Positions 19,469 through 27,333 of a stretch of DNA of 27,333 bases are shown here, in pieces (the stretch's first letter is position 1; every line of letters begins with the position of its first letter). Both the position numbers and the translations under genes were made by a program. Source of the stretch: Macrostomum lignano (taxonomy: Eukaryota); assembly GCA_002269645.1 (NCBI GenBank), contig NIVC01000725.1:156693-184025 (forward strand). The letters run 5' to 3'. The notes beneath the pieces are model-generated. The model had not been told where the DNA came from. It saw nothing but the letters and a program-made list of their open reading frames with translations, and ran no database searches.

Positions 19469-19840
19469 GTGTCTATGGGGATTAATGATATGTCTATGGG
19501 GGATTAATGATATGTCTATGGGGGATTAATGATATGTCTATGGGGGATTAATGATATGTCTATGGGGGATTAATGATATGTCTATGGGGGATTAATGATA
19601 TGTCTATGGGGGATTAATGATATGTCTATGGGGGATTAATGATATGTCTATGGAGGATTAATTATATGTCTGTTGGGATTAATGACGTGTCTATGGGAAT
19701 TTATGACGTGTCTATGGGAATTTATGATGTGTCTATGGGAGTTTATGATGTGTCTATAGGAATTTATGATGTGTCTATGGGAATTTATGATGTGTCTATA
19801 GGAATTTATGATGTGTCTATAGGAATTTATGATGCGTCTA
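19469..19840. repeat. 20-22-bp minisatellite, about 17 copies, just downstream of the VPS10 gene stop codon
   Basis: Units GTCTATGGGGGATTAATGATAT grading into GTCTATGGGAATTTATGATGT. Confidence 0.95.
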
Positions 19841-19859
19841 CAGAAATTATTTGGATGAC

Positions 19860-19972
19860 TCAAACAAGGCCGCCAACCTCCGGTGCAGCATCCACCTCGG
19901 TCGCGCCTTCATCCTCAGCCTCCGGTGGGTTCAGCAGCAGCTGCTGTTTATCATCGGCTCGCCTGCTGCCGC

Positions 19973-20014
<42 letters not shown>

Positions 20015-23000
20015 TCCTGGTCGGTGCCGGCGTCGTTGTCGAATTTGACAAAGATTCGACGTCCTCGCAACGACCTGCCGCCGACACGGCCGAGTAGTGG
20101 AAGGCCGCCAGTTGCCGCCGTCGTTCTCTCAGCTTCGCCGCCAGCACCAGAGCCAGCACGGCGCAGACGAGGCCGCCCAGAATGGCGCTGACGGGCAGCA
20201 GGACGGCGACTAGGCGACGCCGGTTGTTGGCCTCGGCTTCCGCGTCCGCTTTGGCCAATTGAGCGGCCAATTTAGCGGCCGCTTCTGAGCTCGCGGCCAA
20301 TTTGGTCGCCTCGGCGGCGTCGGCGCGTTCGCGCTGGCGTTTGAGAAGCTCGCTGCACCGCTTGCCCTGGGTAGGTAAGTATATTGATAGAAAGATCGAT
20401 AGGTAGGTAGATAGGTAGATAAGTAGGTATAGTTAGGTAGGTAGTACGGCAGGTAGGTAGTACGAGGTAGGTAGGTAGGTAGGTAGATAGGTAGGTAGAT
20501 AGGTAGATAGGTAGGTAGGTAGATATGTAGATAGGTAGACAGGTAGGTAGGTAGATAGGTAGGTAGGAAGATAAGTAGGTAGATAAGTTGGTAGATAGAT
20601 ATGTAAATGGGTAGGTAGATAGGTAAAAAGGTAGGCTGGTAGGCTGATTGGTTATCATGTATCTGTTTTAATTAGCAACCTACTTACCCGACTATCTATA
20701 ATTCTATTGATTCCTACCAATCTACTTAGCTACCCTACTGCTCTCACCTGCAGAGCAGTCTGCTCAGTCCTATTGGGAGCGAACCCGCCCGAGCACAGGT
20801 TGCCGGGCAGCTTCCTGTAGCCGTCGGTAAGAACCCGCTGCACGCTGTCCTCGTCCGTGCAGACGTCCAGCTCCGGCACTCCGGGATCTCTGACGCAATC
20901 GCGTCCGCTGAATTCCCTTTTATAGCCAAACTCGCAGCCGAAGTCGGCTTTAGTGCAGTTGCAAGGCTCCACAGTCTGGCTGGGAGTGTAGCTGTAGTTA
21001 TTAGCGCACAGGCTGTCCGGCTTCAGTCTCATGATGGTCTGCTTGGCTCCGAATACGCAGCCTCTTTCACTGCTGCCGCTGCTGCTGTTGCTGCTCTCGG
21101 AGTAGCTCAACGCCCCGTTGGCTAGCCAAGGCTCATAGTCTGAGGCTGAGCACTCCCTGGTCAGGATGGCGGCAAAGTCCAGTACGAAAACTCGCCAGTG
21201 CTGCGACAGACTCGAAAACCCCCAGATGGCCACCGAAGTCGCTCTGCTGCCCGGCTCGCTGACGAATCCCGTGAAGCTGGAAGGCAGGAAACTTTGGCTC
21301 TCTGTTGCTCGAAAAAGACTTAGACCTAGCAATTATTGAACGAAAGCTATAACATGTTAGACAGATTCTAGATACGTTAGATATCCGCAAACAGGTTCCA
21401 AAACACTGGTCGGCAAACTCCGGCCCGCGAAGCCCGCGAAGTTGGTTTGTGTCTCTTCTCATCTCTCTTCTAATTTCTCTCCTCTCTCTCCTCTTCTCTC
21501 TTTTCTCTCCTCTCCTCTCATCTCGTCTTCTCTCTCTTCTCTATTCCCTCTTCCTCTCTCATATCATGTCACCTGTTCTAAAGCATGCTAAATCATGTTT
21601 TGACAAACCCAGAATCATATTCATAAACTGAAACAATCTCTCTAACCGGTATTCCTCTGAGGTGAATTTGTAGCTGTGCCAGCACCGTCCAGCATCCGTG
21701 CTAAACTTCATCACTTGAGGCCCGCTATTGCCGTGAGCCACCGCAGCAATGAAGCCGCCATTGTTGCCAAGCTGTACGAAATGTGGCCCCTCCAACACTT
21801 TCGACCAGGTGTGGCCGCCATTGTTGCTAAGGTAGACGTTGCTAGGCGAGCTAGTTTGCACGGATGCTCCTGTGTTGCCGTGGGCAATCAACAGGCCGGG
21901 AGCGGTTGCCAAGGAGACCGGCATCTGGGCTGGGTGACCCCGGGCAATGCTGTAGGCCGAGACCAGCTGCAAGATAGTTTTTTTGGAAATAAATTTCGTG
22001 CTTAAGTGATTTAGTACTTTGAAAACCTCAGGTAAAGTTGGCCCATTTTCCAATAAAAGGCACACCAGCTTCTTCTAAATAAGCAATCACCCTCATCTAG
22101 CTACCCTAGTCTTAAAGCAGACATTCGTCTCTAGAAACGAACGGCCATTTAAAATTAGCACCTCCAATACAGTAACAATATTCTACATGAAAATTCTGCA
22201 CTGACCTGCAGCTGACACGAGCCGCTGCCCGCTCCCTCGCCAAGCAGACACTCTCCAGACGGCGCCTGCAACTTCATCCAATCGGCTCCGCGATTATGCG
22301 AGATCCTCGTGACCAGAGACAGGTCCGGGTCCATCACGGTTGTCAGGTAAGTGCCCGGCATAGATTCAACCGATAGAAATCGCCAATTGCATCGCCTGGC
22401 GGATAAAATTGTCGTTCAAGCGATTTAGAGAACAACCGACCGGTTGCATCGGAGGTGTACAAAGTTCCATAGCCGTTGAGCCGTCCTGAGTCCACGTACA
22501 CGAAAGCCAGGCCGTTAGCCACGTCCATGAGACTGGCAAAGCTATCAGGCGAAATGCTTGGCAAGCTAGTCCGGTGGAAGCTGGCTCCATAGTCTGTAGA
22601 CACTGCCAATCGACGCGAAAGTCCGTACGTATCGGCCAACGATAAGAACAGAAAATTTTCCCGTCCAACGTAAGAAAAGATATTGTCTGCCAGAGGCCGC
22701 CAAATATCCCCAAAGTTGATTGTTTTTAATAGAGACCGAGACGGTTTCGGTATCCGTGCGGCTGGGCCGGAGTTGCGGACAACGGACCCCAGAGACACTG
22801 CTTTGTTGCTGGAGATGCTCTGATCGACTACTGCGTAGATTGAGTTGGCCTGGTCTGTAGCTGAGCCCCAGCTAGCCTGAAATTGGTTAGGATTTTCAGT
22901 TTGGTCTTTGATTTGAGAGTCTCTCTGACAGTGGAATGTCTGTGACAGGAACGTTCTTGATCGGAACTGACAGTGGAGTGTCTGTGACAGGAACGTTCTT

Positions 23001-25025
23001 GATCGGAACTGACAGTGGAGTGTCTGTGACAGGAACGTTCTTGATCGGAACTGACAGTGGAGTGTCTGTGACAGGAACGTTCTTGATCGGAACTGACAGT
23101 GGAATGTCTGTGACAGGAACGTTCTTGATCGGAACTGACAGTGGAGTGTCTGTGACAGGAACGTTCTTGGTCGGAACTGACAGTGGAGTGTCTGTGACAG
23201 GAACGTTCTTGATCGGAACTGACAGTGGAGTGTCTGTGACAGGAACATTCTTGATCGGAACTGACAGTGGAATGTCTGTGACAGGAACATTCTTGATCGG
23301 AACTGACAATGGAATGTCTGTGACAGGAACGTTCTTGGTCGGAACTGACAGTGGAATGTCTGTGACAGGAACTTTCTTGATTGGAAAGTCTCTCTGACAG
23401 TGGATCGTGTCTGTGACAGGAACGTTCTCGATCGGAAAGTCTCTCTGACAGTGGATCGTGTCTGTGACAGGAACGTTCTCGATCGGAAAGTCTCTCTGAC
23501 AGTGGATCGTGTCTGTGACAGGAACGTTCTTGGTTGGAAAGTCTCTCTGACAGTGGATCGTGTCTGTGACAGGAACTTTCTTGATTGGAAAGTCTCTCTG
23601 ACAGTGGAGTGTCTGTGACAGGAACGTTCTTGTTGGAAAGTCTCTCTCACAGTGGGGTGTCTGACTGTGACAGGAACGTTCTCTATCGGAAAGTCTCTAT
23701 GACAGAAGTCTCTGTGAAAGAAGTCTCCTCTCCCAGGAATAAATAAGTGCTCCGTTTTCCCACTTAACTTCAAAGCAGTTTTTCATTTCTTACTTTGACC
23801 ACTTGATCCTTCAACCGGGTCCAACTTAGTCCACCATCTCGAGTCAAAAACAGAGTGGAGCCACTATGTGCCAGCGCCAAGTCCTTTTGAGTCTGGTGAA
23901 ACATGAAAGCTTGAGTGAGAGCGAATGGTAGAACAGTTGTCTGCCAAGTTGCTCCATTATCGAAGGACATGTGAAGGTTAGTAGTGGCATCCGTGCTGCC
24001 AGCGGAGGCGAGGTAAAGTTGGCTTGAGTTGCCGGGGTTTCGCTGAAGGCCATACTGTGTAAGCAGCTGCAACGGCTGGACCCCAGGGCTGACCTGAGCT
24101 GTGATGCGGCTGAATGAGCGACCATCGTCTGTGCTGCGGTACACGTCTGCCAGAGTTGACGTTGTAACATAGGATACTAAAGTAAGCGCTATTAGTGTCT
24201 GAAATTAGCAGATAAAGATATGATTGATTAGAATGTTTTATGAAAAATATTAGATAAGCCAATTGCCAGATACCTTGCTGTTTGGTCCTGCCCAGGTGAT
24301 TTGCAGTTTAGGCTTGCTGTCATTGGCAAAGACGAACTTGGAATTTGGAAAATTGCAATAATATTTAAATTAGTATTAGTAAGCTTCAAGCAAATGAATT
24401 TCAATTTGTGTTAATCTGTATATATCCGAGAGAAGCAAAATCACAGAATACTAATTGTAATAATTTTCTAGACTTATTTAAAACACTTAAATACTTTCTA
24501 GCACTTTAATTTTTTCAAACAGTTGAAACTAAAGTTTGCATTTAAATCTTTAATATTCTTATAAAAATTATTAAATAAAGAATTAAAAAAGGCTGCTTTT
24601 AAAAGAATAAACACTAACATTATCAATGCTTATGTTGAACTTTTTGTTTGGCTTACTTTTAAAAGTTTTATTGCAATGTAATTTTAAGGCTCGTCTAGTT
24701 TCAGAGTTTTAGAACTCTCAGAATTTTTAGGAATGAAGCAACTAAAAAATAACTTATCCAATTCTAAATTTAGCTATGACTAGCTAATTTAAGTTTGAGA
24801 TCAAACCTAAAAAGCGAATAAACTGTAATATTATGTAGAACAAATTACATAATTGTAGAATAAATATCAAATAAATACCTCAGACAGAAACTTTTTATTG
24901 GCTGTTGAGTCCGATAAAAGAACAGATATGTCAGATTGTTGTTTTTCGCAGGCGTTACTTTCTGTTGCAGCAATGAACGACAGTCCTAGCAAAATATGTA
25001 TGAAAAGCGCACTGGCTAACGTCAT
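19860..25025 (-). CDS. Sortilin-type VPS10-domain receptor, about 880 aa in 7 exons, with one apparent -1 frameshift at about 22370
   Basis: Exons (minus strand): 25025-24879 (signal peptide MTLASALFIHILLGLSFIAA), 24336-24274, 24198-23794, 22876-22206, 21966-21647, 21276-20748, 20366-19860. BNR/Asp-box repeats (YRSTDDGRSF, SFDNGATW, TRDGGLSW, STDYGASF, SNNGGHTW, STDAGRCW), LYTSDATG...SKSLER, FTGFVSEPG, 10CC module (CNCTKADFGCEFGY, GYRKLPGNLCSGG), one TM helix and a tail with YSAV. No PKD, LDLR or FN3 domains, hence sortilin-type. Confidence 0.88.
20370..20645. repeat. (TAGG)/(TAGA) microsatellite in VPS10 intron 6
   Basis: Imperfect tetranucleotide run. Confidence 0.93.
21452..21560. repeat. 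CT-rich low-complexity tract in VPS10 intron 5
   Basis: Imperfect (CT)n/(CTCTC)n. Confidence 0.8.
22922..23715. repeat. Compound minisatellite (about 11 x 42 bp, then about 5-6 x 51 bp) in VPS10 intron 3
   Basis: 42-bp unit GACAGTGGAGTGTCTGTGACAGGAACGTTCTTGATCGGAACT; the 51-bp variant adds AAGTCTCTC-type sequence. Confidence 0.96.
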
Positions 25026-26194
25026 ATTTGTGCTGAGTCAAGGCTAGTTTTTCTTAATTATCAATATTTAACGAAATCAAAGCCGTGTAGTATCAATGTA
25101 AGTTACAAAAATATGTTCCAGATGGCTGTAACAAGCCCAAGGTTGCTAAGGACCACAATTGGACATTTTAAATATACATACTTCCAATTGGATATAAGTT
25201 CATAGTTTAATATACTTGTAATTCAAACAAAATATTTGATGCTTTAAACGTAAGTTTATGCATTATAATGAAATTCCTCCTGGATTCTGGTAGTCAAATT
25301 TGTTAACTTATATATAATTACAATTAAAATTCTTGCTTTCAATAGCAATCTGAAAAGTTTCTAGTTTAAAATTAATCTAAACCGTTGAAGAGTCAGAAAA
25401 GTTATTGTATCGTATGTATTTCATTCCATTCTAGTTGCATTTTATTCATTGCCTCTCGAAATACTGATCCATCGGACTACTATACAATATTATTTAATGT
25501 ATATCACCCCAAAATTCGCTTAAAAACATCTTATGTTTTCGCCCCCAACCCTCGTTGTGCCCTCAGGGAATTAGCGGGTAGCTCTGACCTCTATATTTTT
25601 ATATTGTTTTAAAAGGTTTCAACGCGGCTTCTCGGCACCGGGGGCCAAAAAAGAGAGCTGGAAGCGCTTATTAATTTCCCAGGGACCGCGAAAAACACTG
25701 AATATCTGAGTATAGATAGTACATGTATGCTGTGCATGCAAGTCTGCCCCTAAATCCGAGTTTGAATTTGGGACAGCAGACGGGCACGATGGAATGTGCG
25801 CCGCCTGCCAGAGACGGAAGGCGCCGCTTCCTTAAGTGTTGAGGCCGGACCAGCAGAGCCTAATAATTCCCATTCTAAGCCCTTCTAGCTTCCCTCAGCT
25901 AGTACTATCAGTAGTCTGCCACTCGATCAGGTTGACTCGCAATCTTAGCCGAGCAGAGAAGGTGTCTTGGGCAAGGAGCAACAAAGAGAGCCTAATAAGT
26001 TTATGCTCATTTCTACAATTGATAAACTTTTTTCTTCAATGAAAAGAAAATAAGTCAAAAGTTAATGAACAAGGAAGGATTGAATGGACAGACCAGTAGA
26101 GCATGCATATGTAAAGAAAAAACATTGCGGCTGACGATGCCAAGAGCTGATTGTTAAATACGAGAGCATACTGAGAAGTGGCTCTAGACTATTC

Positions 26195-26199
<5 letters not shown>

Positions 26200-26274
<75 letters not shown>
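26200..26274. repeat. (GA)n microsatellite
   Basis: About 37 GA units with one interruption. Confidence 0.97.
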
Positions 26275-26277
<3 letters not shown>

Positions 26278-26793
26278 AGAGCGTATGGATTAAGACTGGT
26301 TGACTGCAGAGTCGATGAATGGTATACAGTATAGTCTGTTAAAGACTTCTTTGCACTTGATTGGCCAAAGAATACGAACGCGGCGCTGCACACAGCAGCT
26401 CAAATTATAAGCAGAGAACTGTCTCTCTCGTCTGAGGCTATCCTTATAGAGCTACTCAGGCTTGAGCCTTCTCTTACCCAGGTCTCTTCCTCTCCCATCT
26501 TCCTTCACCATAAGGCGTGTTCCTTCACTCCCCTGTATTCACCTCAATCCACTTGGCAAGAATTGTTATAGTTTGTGGACTGTCAGTGAATAAATTATTG
26601 TGCATGCGCGTGTTAAGCCGGTAACGTGCGGTGCTTTGCTGACAAAGTCAGCAAGAAGGAGACATCAGATTGGCTTTATAAGGACTCCAGAGCATCGTAT
26701 CCTGTTACTGATTTCAGCATTTGGTTCGGTTTGTTCGAACTCACTTAATAGTAATAGATTAGCATTTTTTAATATCGACAGATACAGACAATC

Positions 26794-27333
26794 ATGAAGC
26801 TATTTCTGACCTTCCTTTGGCTGATGGCATTTGGTGAGCTGATGCTTTATCGTATTTTTATCATTCTGTTGATTTAATATCCTGCGTGAAGGCGCGCAAA
26901 ACAAGTGCCTTTCCTGTACGGTTGACAATATTTACTGTAGAAGTGATAGTAACTATAAGTGTCCTGCGAGAGTGACACCATGTGTTTCGTACAGGCATAA
27001 CAGCACGATCCTAGTAAAGCTCCTAGTAACCTTTCTTAGAGCAGACAGGCTCTACGCGTATTCCCACGACTGCTGCACCTTGACCCACTTCGTTTCAGGT
27101 GTATCACCAAGTCAATCAGACACCATTGTCAGTCGCAACAATTTGCTTCGGCTCGGTTCGGCAGAGAAGCGCTCACCAAGCGTCTGCTGCAGAACTACGC
27201 CGAATGGGCATCGTTGGAAGGCCGGTCAGGAACAGCTCGGATGTGCTGACAGTGCGACTGGGCCTGGCGCTCATTCAGATACTGGATTTGGAGGAAAATC
27301 AACAGCGACTGAGGACTAATTGCTGGCTGAGAT
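26794..27333 (+). CDS. 5' part of a Cys-loop ligand-gated ion channel (nAChR-like), partial, with two apparent -1 frameshifts
   Basis: Exon 1 26794-26833 (MKLFLTFLWLMAF-G, GTGAG donor, phase 1); exon 2 starts at 27099 after TTCGTTTCAG. With frameshifts at about 27173 and 27202 it reads SAEKR(L)TKRLLQNYA-MGIVGRPVRNSSDVLTVRLGLALIQILDLEENQQRLRTNCWLR, the canonical RPV-x-N...L-x-QI-x-D-x-DE-x-NQ...TN-x-WL N-terminus. Not called by the ORF track. Confidence 0.82.

Noticed and set aside
26972-27319. 115-aa ORF as listed in the ORF track
   Set aside because: Only 27099-27172 of this frame is likely real (start of Cys-loop exon 2). The rest is intron or out of frame.

Overview
This is eukaryotic (metazoan) genomic DNA with GT-AG introns, not a prokaryotic or phage locus. 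The gene families and repeat density suggest a lophotrochozoan such as a free-living flatworm, but that is inference only. Contents from left to right: (1) four near-identical tRNA-Arg(UCG) genes interleaved with minisatellites (194-3282); (2) the 3' end of a LINE; (3) a 7-exon atypical soluble guanylate cyclase on the minus strand (about 1323 aa: H-NOX, PAS, coiled coil, cyclase and a ~725-aa tail); (4) a patch of element remnants: a tRNA/CORE-SINE fused to an RTE reverse-transcriptase fragment, a TRPV-like gene remnant and a gag-like ORF1 fragment; (5) a single-ORF, divergent TRPV-like channel; (6) a 7-exon sortilin-type VPS10 receptor on the minus strand with one apparent 1-nt frameshift; (7) the first two exons of a Cys-loop (nAChR-like) receptor on the plus strand, running off the window. 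Exon structures were built by hand from splice sites and remembered family alignments; no searches were run. The strongest oddities are the cyclase (O2-type heme pocket, only beta-side catalytic residues, huge tail with a PP1-type motif), the SINE-RTE chimera, and an intronic minisatellite that forms an array of in-frame cryptic splice acceptors. No CRISPR array or prokaryotic system is present.
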